From an uncultured Verrucomicrobiae bacterium (GTDB lineage Bacteria > Verrucomicrobiota > Verrucomicrobiia > Chthoniobacterales > JAFAMB01), in NCBI GenBank assembly GCA_963813025.1, contig CAWEXO010000011.1:1-64000 (forward strand): a stretch of 64,000 nt of DNA. Direction: 5' to 3'. The notes beneath the pieces are model-generated. The model ran no database searches and was not told where the DNA came from. It saw only the letters and a program-made list of their open reading frames with translations. Shown piece after piece: positions 1 to 10,448 of the stretch (position 1 is its first letter; every line of letters starts with the position of its first letter). Position numbers and translations under genes: made by a program.

Positions 1-737
1 AAAATACCATCGGTAGTGTCAACCAGGGTCATCCCGGCCGTAAAGAGCGCGGGAAAAACCATCATTGCCCCGACGGAAAGCCCTTTGGCTGCTGCCGCCG
101 CGGAAATTCCGAGCAGGGCTATCTCTGTCGCGGTGTCAAAACCCAGTCCAAAAAGAAATCCGATTGGGTACATATGCCAGGGTCGCGCCAGTGCACGGAA
201 CAAAGGTCGGAAGAGACGTGCCATAATGCCGCCGCCCAGAAGAGTGTCGCTGTCCTGCTCGATGTAACGTTTTTCTTCGCGAACGGCCTGAAAATTTGCC
301 CACACTCCACGTAGAACAATCAGATTAATCAAAGCAATCGTGATCAGGAAGAAAGCCGAAATCGCGGTACCAATCAGCCCTCCGATGTCCTTGACTGCGT
401 CGAGCTGATTCTCCAGCGTCTTCGTGGCGATATAGACCAGGAGCGATCCGATAACCACAATCGTCGAGTGGCCTAAGGAAAAAAAGAATCCGACCGACAC
501 GGGACGCTGGCCGTCTTGCATCAATTTGCGCGTGACGTTATCAATCGCGGCAATGTGATCCGCATCGACGCCGTGTCTGAGGCCAAAGCTGTAGGCCAGA
601 ATGGCCATACCGAGAAGCACGGGCGTTCCCTGAAAAACCAGCAAAGCCCAGCACCACACAGTGAGGTTCACCAGCCCAAGAAAGAGGTAAAAGAATATTA
701 TTCGATTCCGGAAACCGCTTTCGACTTTGGCGGACAT
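1..737 (-). CDS. HoxN/HupN/NixA-family (NiCoT) nickel/cobalt transporter, 3' end runs off the window
   Basis: Manual translation from ATG at 737: MSAKVESGFRNRIIFFYLFLGLVNLTVWCWALL...AYSFGLRHGVDADHIAAIDNVTRKL...GFFFSLGHSTIV, containing both NiCoT signature motifs. Absent from the ORF track because no stop lies in the window. Confidence 0.93.
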   Translation of the reverse strand, partial: MSAKVESGFRNRIIFFYLFLGLVNLTVWCWALLVFQGTPVLLGMAILAYSFGLRHGVDADHIAAIDNVTRKLMQDGQRPVSVGFFFSLGHSTIVVIGSLLVYIATKTLENQLDAVKDIGGLIGTAISAFFLITIALINLIVLRGVWANFQAVREEKRYIEQDSDTLLGGGIMARLFRPLFRALARPWHMYPIGFLFGLGFDTATEIALLGISAAAAAKGLSVGAMMVFPALFTAGMTLVDTTDGI

Positions 738-953
738 AAGGCAAGGGCGGAACGGCTGGAAAGCTCTCAAGCGGCTTCCAATCAATCAATTTGCACTGTG
801 AGTGTGGGCGCCACAGTGCGCAAGCTATTTGACTGAGGATGGCCGATAATGCGCAGCAAAGCCTTTGCCAATCTGATGTTTAGGATCCGCTCGGCGCGCG
901 ACTCGCCCTCGAATGTTCTAGCCCACAGCTGAGGTGCGAACGAATAAGAAGCT

Positions 954-1370
954 ATGAGCGTTCAAGTTTATGGTTGCAACCACGTAGCGATTGAGGTCGA
1001 CGATCTGCAAAAAGCAATCGCGTTCTATCAGGATGTGTTCGGTCTCAGATTGAACTCCAGCGGTGAGGGTCGCGCCTTTTTTCAACTCGGCCAGCACCAG
1101 TTTCTCGCCATCGCGGAAGTCGATCAGCTGAGTCCACCGCGCGCCTGGCATTTTGGAATGATGGTGCGCGATGAGGCACAAGTCGAGGAGGTACGGCAAA
1201 AGATTGTGAGCAAGTACAAGCTGAAACTCAATCCTGGGTTCGGCTGTTCTTTTCGCGATCCGTTTGGTAATCGCATTGACGTTGTCGACTTGCATGATGA
1301 ATCACTGGTTTGGCTTTTACCGTACCAGGAAGTGCAGCATGCGGGAATCCGGTTTGAAGGCACTCGGTAG
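954..1370 (+). CDS. VOC/glyoxalase-bleomycin resistance family protein
   Basis: NHVAIEVDDLQKAIAFYQDVFGL and FRDPFGNRID motifs. Confidence 0.88.
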   Translation: MSVQVYGCNHVAIEVDDLQKAIAFYQDVFGLRLNSSGEGRAFFQLGQHQFLAIAEVDQLSPPRAWHFGMMVRDEAQVEEVRQKIVSKYKLKLNPGFGCSFRDPFGNRIDVVDLHDESLVWLLPYQEVQHAGIRFEGTR

Positions 1371-1387
1371 GATAAGCTTCCACCTTG

Positions 1388-2680
1388 TCAGGCGTTCGTG
1401 ATTGCGCGCTTAGGGTGTCGATTTAGAGATTTCTTCGCAACGTCCGGACGCGTTTCGGGCATTAACAAACCGAAGAAGACCAACGCGCTCAACGCAATTG
1501 CGGCAAGCGTAAGAAAACTGGCCGGATAACCAAACGACTGGACCACGAACCCGGCGGTAAAATTGCTTATTCCTGCCCCGATACCCGTCGAGAGCGCGAC
1601 GAGACCCTGTGCGAGGTTGAAGCGGCCAGTTCCGTGCATAAGATCTGCCGCGATGACTATAGAGATCACTCCAAAAATTCCCGCGGCCACACCATCCAGA
1701 ACTTGAATCGCTACGACCAGGATTGGGCTGTCCGTCAAGCTGAAGAGTATGCCGCGGATCGGGAGAATCACCAAGGCGACTAAAAAGATCGTTTTCCATC
1801 CGATACCCCGACGAAGGGCCCATCCCACCGCCGCCGCGACACCGACCATTACCAGCTGGGCAGCAATGATGCAGGCGCTCAAGGCACTTATGTCGGCGTC
1901 GGGATGTTTTTGGGCGAGAACTTGACCAGCCATCGGCAGCATTGCCGCATTACCGAGATGGAAAAGAATCACTGAAGCCAAAAATATCAGCAGGTCCCGT
2001 TTTTGCAGTAGCTTGGATAATGGTAACGCTCCGCCTCTTTGCTGGCTACGGCTGTCTTGCCTAGCCGGAGGGAAATTTTTCCTGTCTTCTCCTCCTCGGG
2101 CAATCTCGTGATCGATCTCCTGGGGTTGAATGAGGGTTACAATACAGGCGCTAGCCACGGCGAATCCACAGACAAAATAAAACAGCCAATGATAGCCCAG
2201 GCGCTGTCCCACCGTTCCGGCTAACAATGCTGCCGTAAAATTGCCCCCGTGATTGAATCCCTCGTTACGACTGATTCGGGCGGGAAAATGTTTTCGACCA
2301 ACGAGCCCGAGACTAAGCGCGGCGAGCGCAGGAGGAATGATTGCCGAGGCCGCTCCAAGCAATACCTGGGCGCCGACAACCACAGACAGGTTCGGAAGCA
2401 AAGCGATCGCGAGGCAACCGAGCGCGACGAGCAGTCCCGAACCCGCGACTAACCCGCGTTTGGCACGGATAGAATCCACTAGTAAACCTGCGGGGATCTG
2501 ACAGAAAGCGGCTGCAATCGAGCTCGCGCCCATGGCGATACCAATTTGCCCAGCAGGCCAATGCTGGCCGCCTTTGAGAAACACCGAAAGAAATGGCCCT
2601 ACCCCATCGCGAACGTCAGCCATCAGAAAATTCAGACCATCCAACCCAAACAAACTGGATTTCGATGGCGACGAGTTCAT
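1388..2680 (-). CDS. MFS transporter
   Basis: About 12 hydrophobic segments; LNFLMADVRDGVGPFL N-terminal motif; GTGRFNLAQG. Start ATG 2680 (GTG 2683 alternative). Confidence 0.9.
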   Translation of the reverse strand: MNSSPSKSSLFGLDGLNFLMADVRDGVGPFLSVFLKGGQHWPAGQIGIAMGASSIAAAFCQIPAGLLVDSIRAKRGLVAGSGLLVALGCLAIALLPNLSVVVGAQVLLGAASAIIPPALAALSLGLVGRKHFPARISRNEGFNHGGNFTAALLAGTVGQRLGYHWLFYFVCGFAVASACIVTLIQPQEIDHEIARGGEDRKNFPPARQDSRSQQRGGALPLSKLLQKRDLLIFLASVILFHLGNAAMLPMAGQVLAQKHPDADISALSACIIAAQLVMVGVAAAVGWALRRGIGWKTIFLVALVILPIRGILFSLTDSPILVVAIQVLDGVAAGIFGVISIVIAADLMHGTGRFNLAQGLVALSTGIGAGISNFTAGFVVQSFGYPASFLTLAAIALSALVFFGLLMPETRPDVAKKSLNRHPKRAITNA

Positions 2681-2692
2681 CACGCCTTTAGC

Positions 2693-2711
2693 AGATCACA
2701 TCCCGTGCCAA
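2693..2711 (-). promoter_or_regulatory. Sigma-54-like -24/-12 element upstream of the MFS gene
   Basis: Minus strand TTGGCACGGGATGTGATCT; -24 box matches consensus, -12 box reads GTGA instead of TTGC. Confidence 0.4.
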
Positions 2712-2732
2712 TGTTGTCGCTCCGACAACAGC

Positions 2733-2893
2733 ATTTTGGAGTGCGTGCGACTTGTCGCCGCTTTCCAACTGCGCGGAGCGCTGCTCAGATCGGAGAGAGG
2801 AAGGACAAAGCCTTCAGTGCTTTGGGCGAAGGCAATCCGCTCTTATTTGAAAGCCGCGGCCGCAAAGCGGCGACAAGTCGCCGCACTCCAAAA
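2733..2893. repeat. REPIN-like inverted repeat pair
   Basis: ttttggagtgcgtgcgacttgtcgccgcttt (~2734-2764) pairs with aaagcggcgacaagtcgccgcactccaaaa (2864-2893). Confidence 0.8.
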
Positions 2894-2995
2894 AATGTCC
2901 GCAATTCACTCGCAGAAGTCTGACTTCCAGACACAATCCCAGGCGAACGCACCGGGCTATGCGCCGGTCTTGCTGGAAAGCTCCAGCGATGAGGG

Positions 2996-3014
2996 TTGGC
3001 ACAAATCGTGATCC
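2996..3014 (+). promoter_or_regulatory. Sigma-54-like -24/-12 element upstream of the response regulator
   Basis: TTGGCACAAATCGTGATCC; same TTGGCAC-N5-GTGATC pattern as the divergent element. Confidence 0.4.
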
Positions 3015-3032
3015 ATAGCGGATTCAATTGCC

Positions 3033-4345
<1,313 letters not shown>

Positions 4346-4383
4346 CCGAGCGCCAAGCGCCAGCCCAGCGGTTGCGACTGGCC

Positions 4384-4785
4384 CTATTTCTTCTTCTTCC
4401 GGCGCGCAACTGCGCGTGCGTGTTCGGACAATGCTTTGAAAGAGGCAGCTTCACTACTCTCGCGTTTGAGAGCGCGCAGCGTTGCTCGAGACCGCTTTGG
4501 CGAAGGTTTGGTTGGCTTGCCCTTCTGTGCGCGTTCGGTTTCGCGCACCGCCTGTCTTCGGGTCGACTCGGGCACTGTGCCTTTTTGGGGCACAGGTAAT
4601 TTCACACCTGCGCGGCGCGCCTTCGACAGCCCAATGGCGATGGCCTGTTTCGCCGAACGCGCTCCGTGCTTGCCTTCGCGGATTTCTTCAATCTCTTCGC
4701 GGACAAATTCACCAGCCTGCGTCGAAGCGGCTTTCCCTTCCCGCTTTGCTTGTTTCACCCGCTGAATAGTAGTTTTTCTTGGCAC
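4384..4785 (-). CDS. Small basic protein, DUF6496-like putative DNA-binding protein
   Basis: STQAGEFVREEIEEIREGKHGARSAKQAIAIGLSKARRAGV motif; K/R-rich. Confidence 0.75.
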   Translation of the reverse strand: MPRKTTIQRVKQAKREGKAASTQAGEFVREEIEEIREGKHGARSAKQAIAIGLSKARRAGVKLPVPQKGTVPESTRRQAVRETERAQKGKPTKPSPKRSRATLRALKRESSEAASFKALSEHARAVARRKKKK

Positions 4786-4929
4786 AAACGATAGTTCGCG
4801 AAATCCTTTGCGCCTGGACGCACTCGTGAAAACGGGAGCCGGAAGTCAGAAGTCGGGAGTCGACCGCTGTCTATTGCCGGTCGCTCAGAACTTCAGTCCC
4901 TGATATATTGAAACAGAAAGAGTCGAGTT

Positions 4930-5394
4930 ATGCCCACGAATCATCCTGATCGGAGCGATCCGATGATATCCGATACGCCTTCACCCGTCACCCCCGAACT
5001 CCCGGAAGAAGCTCTCCTTCTGAGAATCTTCCTGGGGGAAGCCGACAGGTATCACGGCAAACCGCTGTTCGAAGCCATCGTTCTGAAAGCGCGCGAGATG
5101 CATTTGGCGGGAGCCACCGTGCTCCGGGGGCCCATGAGTTTCGGACGGTCGAGCCATCTGCACACCGCCAAGAGCCTTCGACTCTCGACAGATTTGCCAA
5201 TTGTCATTGAGATTGTCGATGTCGCCGATAAAATTAATGGCTTCCTTTCGTTGCTGGAAGGCATGATCCAAGGCGGCCTGGTTACCTTGGAGCGAGTCCA
5301 GATCATTCATTATAGCCACCAAGCCCCTCCGAAGCAGTCCGGCTGGTTTCGGCAAAAGCGTCAGGGCAAGATTCGGGTCAAACCACGTGCTTAA
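4930..5394 (+). CDS. DUF190 (PII-like) protein
   Basis: LLRIFLGEAD...GATVLRG..FG...LSTDLPIVIEIVD; usual crcB neighbour. Confidence 0.88.
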   Translation: MPTNHPDRSDPMISDTPSPVTPELPEEALLLRIFLGEADRYHGKPLFEAIVLKAREMHLAGATVLRGPMSFGRSSHLHTAKSLRLSTDLPIVIEIVDVADKINGFLSLLEGMIQGGLVTLERVQIIHYSHQAPPKQSGWFRQKRQGKIRVKPRA

Positions 5395-5413
5395 CCAATC
5401 CTGATCACCATTG

Positions 5414-5830
5414 ATGCGAGGGTATTTCTTGGTCGCAGTGGGCGGCGGCATTGGCAGTCTGGCTCGATTTGCGCTGGCGCAATGGTTGGCGCCATTGACC
5501 GGCTGGTCGCCGTTCCCAATTCTCGCGATCAACGCGACCTGCTGTTTCATAATATCTTTCCTTAATTTTGTTTCAGATTCCGGAGGCGACATCTATCTAG
5601 GACCAAATAGTCGAATATTTCTGTTAATCGGTTTCTGTGGAGGTTACACGACTTTCAGCTCATTCAGCCTCATTTCGTATCTCGCGCTGCGGCAGGGAGA
5701 CTCACTCGATCTGTGGCTAAACATCGCTGGTTCGCACCTGCTTTGTTTGGCTGGAATCGCCTTGGGCTTTCTGGCGGCAAGGCCTTTTCCTCTGATGTTT
5801 AAATGGCTCCGCCGGATCCTGCGAAGTTGA
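5414..5830 (+). CDS. crcB: Fluoride channel Fluc/CrcB (copy 1)
   Basis: GGGIGSLARF and GFCGGYTTFSSF motifs. Confidence 0.9.
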   Translation: MRGYFLVAVGGGIGSLARFALAQWLAPLTGWSPFPILAINATCCFIISFLNFVSDSGGDIYLGPNSRIFLLIGFCGGYTTFSSFSLISYLALRQGDSLDLWLNIAGSHLLCLAGIALGFLAARPFPLMFKWLRRILRS

Positions 5831-5845
5831 ACCATACTGCGGAGA

Positions 5846-6226
5846 ATGTCGGCCCTGATACTTGTGTTCGTTGGTGGAGCGATCGGCAGTATGTGGCGTT
5901 TCTGGTGGTCGGGCCTGGTGGCTCAGCGCATCGGCGAGACATTCCCATTTGGAACGTTAGTCATTAACCTGGCCGGCTCGCTTTTGATTGGCGCAATTTC
6001 CGGTGGAATTTCGCACGGCGGCCACGCGGCCTGGGCATTACCGTTACAGCACTTTGCCGTCGCGGGCATTTGCGGCGGATTAACCACCTTTTCGTCTTTC
6101 AGCTTGCAAACCTGGAATCTGATCACGGAACGCAGATGGCTCGCCGCGCTGGCCAATATTCTGTTTTCCACCGCACTCTGCCTCGGGGCGGTCGCGATCG
6201 GCTGGCGGATCGGGCAAGCGGCATAG
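5846..6226 (+). CDS. crcB: Fluoride channel Fluc/CrcB (copy 2)
   Basis: GGAIGSMWRF, FPFGTLVIN, GICGGLTTFSSF motifs. Confidence 0.92.
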   Translation: MSALILVFVGGAIGSMWRFWWSGLVAQRIGETFPFGTLVINLAGSLLIGAISGGISHGGHAAWALPLQHFAVAGICGGLTTFSSFSLQTWNLITERRWLAALANILFSTALCLGAVAIGWRIGQAA

Positions 6227-6273
6227 CGATAGCCAATACCCGGCTCTGGCGTGATTGGTAGCGCTCGAGTCGC

Positions 6274-6404
6274 GCACGGAGATCATGGAGCACACGGAGT
6301 AGCGCCTTATCCGTTGATCAAGCGTTTGATGCCTGGCTGAGCTTCGCCACCGAAACAACTTGTAATCTTTGTCAATTACTCCGTGTCCTCCGTGGCCTCC
6401 GTGC
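6274..6404 (-). pseudogene. Inverted nonamer-repeat bracket enclosing a probable GxxExxY-protein C-terminal remnant
   Basis: gcacggagatcatggagcacacggag (6274-6299) is inverted to ctccgtgtcctccgtggcctccgtgc (6379-6404), 4 mismatches in 26; between them the minus strand reads ...VAKLSQ/GIKRLING* (stop 6307-6309). Confidence 0.5.
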
Positions 6405-6455
6405 GAGGCTCTCTTCGGCTCAGCTGGCACTTCGAGGTCGTTCTACGGCGCCCAG

Positions 6456-6935
6456 CTAACGATCAATCGGAAACGCTTCGTGAGTCCTCGACCGGAGAAG
6501 CAGGACCGGACAAGGGGCATGATCAACCACAAATCTTGCTACATGCCCGACCGATTTGGGTCCAAGGGGGTGCCGTTCGCCATAGTGTGTGCGCGGACAG
6601 AGAAGAATAATATCAGCCTGCCATTCAGCCGCGGCATTAACAATCTCGCGCTCCGGCCTGCCCTCTTTGAGCATGAGCTCAGCTCCCGGCAGTGCCTCCG
6701 CGGCCTCATCGAGGATTTCCTTTGCCGCCGCCCGTTCGGCCTCCGGTATCTCGCCCTCCCGCAAAGCCGGACGGCCGAACGGATGAGGACGATGGCGGAA
6801 CTTCAATTCCTCTCGGGGACCGACGTCAATGACGTACAAAAAAGCGGTCCTAAACGGCTCCCCTTGGGCGAGAAGCGCAACTCCGCCACTCAAGGCATGA
6901 AGATTAGTCCCGTCTAGACAGCAAAGCACTCGCAT
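6456..6935 (-). CDS. Universal stress protein (USP)
   Basis: MRVLCCLDG start; GRPEREIVNAA...ADII...SVGHVARFVVDHAPCPVLL. Confidence 0.9.
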   Translation of the reverse strand: MRVLCCLDGTNLHALSGGVALLAQGEPFRTAFLYVIDVGPREELKFRHRPHPFGRPALREGEIPEAERAAAKEILDEAAEALPGAELMLKEGRPEREIVNAAAEWQADIILLCPRTHYGERHPLGPKSVGHVARFVVDHAPCPVLLLRSRTHEAFPIDR

Positions 6936-6951
6936 CGAGGCCGCTCCGGAT

Positions 6952-8278
6952 TCATAACAGTAGCCAGATCGCCGCCGCTCCGGCAAGCAACATCAGGGGA
7001 GTCACCAAGATGCCCACCTTGAAGTAGTCCAAGCCCGATACGTCCACATTTTGACGGCGGAGAATCAACAGCCAAAGCACAGTCGCCAAGGACCCGACGA
7101 TCGTCAGGTTCGGTCCCAGATCACACCCAAACATGGTGGCCGCGATAAAACCATTGCGGATCGCCGGAGAAGCAAAATGGACGTTCCGGAGAGCTGACGT
7201 CATAACCACTGCCATCGGCACGTTATTAATCAGATTGGTTCCGATGGCCGAACCGGCGGTTCCCACCAGTACCGATCCCAACTTGCTATCGCGAGCCAAC
7301 CGGAGAAGAAATTGCCCCGAAAAGAGCGGTCAACCCGGTATCCTCGATCGCGCGCACGATTAGGAACATCCCCGCGATAAAGCCAAAAATAGACCAAGAA
7401 ATCCGTTTGGCCAGGCCAGCAAAGTTGACCATTCGCCAAGTCAACGCTCCGGCGAGAAGAAGCGTTGCCCCGCTCAACGCGATGATCGAAAGCGGGAACT
7501 GTACCGCGGAAGCCACAACGTACGCCACGGCCACGCCAATCAAGATGACCGCCGTATAACGAAAGTAAGCGCGATTCTTGATTGCCTCGGCCGGGGAATC
7601 GAGGCGTTTCTGGTCAAATCGTCGGGTCAATTCCCGTCGATACAGAAGGAAGAAAACGCCGGTGTTGATCGCGATAACGACCAGGCTTGGAATAAACAGC
7701 AGGCGCAGAAAGGTGAAGATGTCCAGGGGCAGACGCGACAACACGATAATGTTAATCGGGTTGCTGATCGGTAGAAGAAACGAAGCGGTGTCGGCAATAA
7801 AAGTGCAGGCAAACATGAACGGCAAAACGGGTAGTCGAAGCCGCGTCACGAGAACGTAGACAATGGGAGTCAGAATCAATGCGGTCGCGTCGTTCGAGAG
7901 GATCATTGAAATCAACGTTCCCAGGACAAAAACATTGAAGAAAAGCCGGGCAGCGCTATTCCCGGCGAGGCGGGCCGCCTCGATCGCCAGCCACTCGAAC
8001 ATGCCGGCGGCTTCCGCCAAAGCGGCAAGCGCCATCATACCCAGAAAAAAAAGGAAAGTGTTCCAGTCTTGCAGCAGCGTTTGACATGCTTCCAGCGGCT
8101 GAACAAGACCGAGGATAAGCAACAAGGCCGCTCCGCCCATCGCGATGGTTGGCTCGTTCCAGCGAAATGGCCGGGTCATGATGCAGAGCAAGGTGAGAAC
8201 GGCAATGCCGGAGGCGATCGCCGTTCTGGCCAGACCGGGGATGGGAAAGAATTGGAGCATCAACCTTGCGCTGACCAT
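6952..8278 (-). CDS. ArsB/NhaD-superfamily permease; frameshift at ~7290
   Basis: LSNDATALILTP, ASFLLPISNPINI in ORF 7286-8278; NLINNVPM, GCDLGPNLTIVGSLATVLW in ORF 6952-7299. Confidence 0.9.
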
Positions 8279-8474
8279 GAAACGATCGGCGACGGTTGGT
8301 CAATCCCGGTCAGTGAGATCTTTATTGAAGCGATCGCTGTAGAATGACGTTAGTAGCCGGTTAAGGCCCAAATAAAAGAGCCCGTCCGCAACCTGGGTCC
8401 TGGTGCATCATCCGGTCAAAAGGAATCACGCAACGCACAAGATTCGCAGCGGCTCGCGACAGGCCGCTGAGTAC

Positions 8475-8489
8475 ATAACGTGTTATAAT
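8475..8489 (+). promoter_or_regulatory. Extended -10 promoter overlapped by a short inverted repeat
   Basis: TGTTATAAT at 8481-8489, about 40 nt before ATG 8529; ATAAC-gt-GTTAT at 8475-8486. Confidence 0.55.
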
Positions 8490-8528
8490 CCGCAGATAAC
8501 TCGCTGGTTCTGAACGGCGTTCTCGAGA

Positions 8529-9059
8529 ATGAAAGAAGCCTTCGCAGTCATTGAGCAAATGAAACACGAAGGTGTCATTCAGGAGTACGCGGTAGCCGGC
8601 GCGGTCGGAGCAATCTTCTACACTGAGCCTTTCAGCACGGAGGACGTGGACATTCTCCTGAATCTGCAACCAGCTGGGAGTTTACTGGTGTCTTTGGAAC
8701 CGATCTTTTCCTATTTGCAAAACAAGGGATTTAAGACGGAGACGGGCGGTGGAGTCGACATTGGCGGCTGGTCTGTTCAGTTCCTCCCTGTATCGGATGA
8801 TCTTACCTTTGAAGCGCTTTCCGAAGCCCAATATTTAGCCTTCGATCATGATTTGTCCGTTCGAGTGCTTCGGCCAGAGCATTTGGCTGCTGAGGCTCTG
8901 AAAATCGGCCGACCAAAAGATCTTCAGCGGATTGCTTTGTTGCTTGAATCTGAGCAATTTGATCGTGCTCGGTTCCGGCAAATTATTCAGCGAAATGGGT
9001 TGAAGGAACGCTGGAAAAGAGTGCAGCAAGTCATTCACCCACCTGACGATGGAACATAA
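8529..9059 (+). CDS. Pol-beta-superfamily nucleotidyltransferase-like protein (AbiEii/DUF6036-like)
   Basis: YAVAGAVGA...PFSTEDVDI (G-x...T-x-D-h-D) and C-terminal GRPKD motifs. Confidence 0.7.
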   Translation: MKEAFAVIEQMKHEGVIQEYAVAGAVGAIFYTEPFSTEDVDILLNLQPAGSLLVSLEPIFSYLQNKGFKTETGGGVDIGGWSVQFLPVSDDLTFEALSEAQYLAFDHDLSVRVLRPEHLAAEALKIGRPKDLQRIALLLESEQFDRARFRQIIQRNGLKERWKRVQQVIHPPDDGT

Positions 9060-9258
9060 AGAGGAAAGGTTTGCATTACTGGAGGAGCACCTGGCGGCAA
9101 AGCAGGCTTGGCGACGGCAGCGGAAGAGACTACCGATGGTCGAAAAGGTCAAAATCCTCGAGAAACTGCGGGATCGGAGTCGTTTGTTTCGCGAGTTGAG
9201 GAAGTCTCGAGGAAAAGCACCATCAACACCTCGTCAAAGTAAGTGCCGCGGTGCTTGA
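9049..9258 (+). CDS. Small basic helical hypothetical protein coupled to the nucleotidyltransferase gene
   Basis: Starts 11 nt inside the upstream gene; AKQAWRRQRKRLPMVEKVKILEKLRDR. Confidence 0.6.
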   Translation: MEHKEERFALLEEHLAAKQAWRRQRKRLPMVEKVKILEKLRDRSRLFRELRKSRGKAPSTPRQSKCRGA

Positions 9259-10223
9259 GTACTCTTTCGGGCGAGAAAATAAGACCCGACCACAAGCGCG
9301 GCGGCGAGCAACTGCGCGACGATAGTTTCCACGGTGGGATAGAACGAGAACCAGACACCCATCCACGCCCCGGCGATCGGCTCCAGAATCGGAATGGTGG
9401 TCGTCGGAATCCAATGAGCCAGCTGCATCTCTTGAGCTTGTTCACCGACCATAACCACCAGCACAAACCCGAGCATAATTCCGGTCAGGATCAGCATCTT
9501 GCGATAGGGCAATCGCCGGTGGGCGACGAAAGTCAGGAGGGCAACCAGGCCAGTCGCGAACAGACCGAGAGCAGCGCCGCCCAGAACCAGGCCATCACCC
9601 ATCTTGAGTCGATAGCTTTGCAGGAAAAGAACAACTTCAACTCCTTCCCGGTAAAGCGAAGAGAACCCGAGCAGCGCCAGGCCCAAGAACAACCGCCGGC
9701 GAGAAATCTCGGCCTGCTCAGCGTCTCGAATCAGCCTTTTCTTTTGCCGATTGTGCAGGGTGATCCAGCCGCCCCAATACACCTTGTGGAAAAACCAGTT
9801 CATCACCACAAGCAAGACCACGACGGCCAGGAGCCCGGTCGCTGCTTGTAAGTCGAGCGCCGGAACGCTCTCGGTAAGGTCGGCGATGATGCTGACCGCG
9901 ATGAACCAGGTGACAACGGTGGCGCCAAACCCGAGTCCTGCGCCAACGATCACGGGTTGCCGATGATCTCTCTTGTCACCCACCAGACTGGCGGTAATCG
10001 CTGTCAGTACCAGAATGCACTCTAGACCTTCGCGAAAAACCAAAACGCCCGTGTCGAGCAAAGCAGAAACTCGACTGGTGTGCGGTACCGTCGGGTCCGG
10101 GGCGCCGTGGGCCGTGATTCCTTGCCAGATGAGCAGCGAGCCGATCAACGCTGCGCCAATCACCAGAAAGCATTGAACCAGGATCCGATTCGGTTGAGGA
10201 AGGACGGCAGCTTGGTTGCTCAT
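9234..10223 (-). CDS. FTR1-family iron permease
   Basis: Two RExxE motifs (FREGLE, YREGVE); start placed at ATG 10223, downstream of the Fur box. Confidence 0.92.
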   Translation of the reverse strand: MSNQAAVLPQPNRILVQCFLVIGAALIGSLLIWQGITAHGAPDPTVPHTSRVSALLDTGVLVFREGLECILVLTAITASLVGDKRDHRQPVIVGAGLGFGATVVTWFIAVSIIADLTESVPALDLQAATGLLAVVVLLVVMNWFFHKVYWGGWITLHNRQKKRLIRDAEQAEISRRRLFLGLALLGFSSLYREGVEVVLFLQSYRLKMGDGLVLGGAALGLFATGLVALLTFVAHRRLPYRKMLILTGIMLGFVLVVMVGEQAQEMQLAHWIPTTTIPILEPIAGAWMGVWFSFYPTVETIVAQLLAAALVVGSYFLARKSTQAPRHLL

Positions 10224-10235
10224 GAGGCCTGTAAG

Positions 10236-10252
10236 CTGAGAATGATTCTCAG
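10236..10252. promoter_or_regulatory. Fur-box-like operator
   Basis: Perfect 8-1-8 palindrome CTGAGAAT-G-ATTCTCAG, 12 nt upstream of the FTR1 ATG; matches the TGATAATnATTATCA type. Confidence 0.8.
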
Positions 10253-10448
10253 TTGCGATCCGGTCAATTGATTTTTTCTGCAAAATACCGACGCTTCCAG
10301 GAACAATATCGGTAGCCGAAGGGTAGATTGGCTCACTCCGATACGCCCTTCCGGCCTGTCAGTGGCGTCTGCGCGGCTGCTTTGGTTACCGCTACGTCGC
10401 GCTGCGGTCTCCGTGCGAGGCCTCTTCGGCTCCGCTGGCGATCGCCAG

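Noticed and set aside
16..836. ORF-track entries 16-267, 119-319, 516-836 and 541-789
   Set aside because: Shadow ORFs of the NiCoT gene on the minus strand; most short antisense ORFs elsewhere were dismissed for the same reason.
4786..4929. Fluoride riboswitch upstream of DUF190-crcB-crcB
   Set aside because: I could not find the GGCGATGG...CTGATGA-type consensus by eye; an Rfam scan would be decisive.
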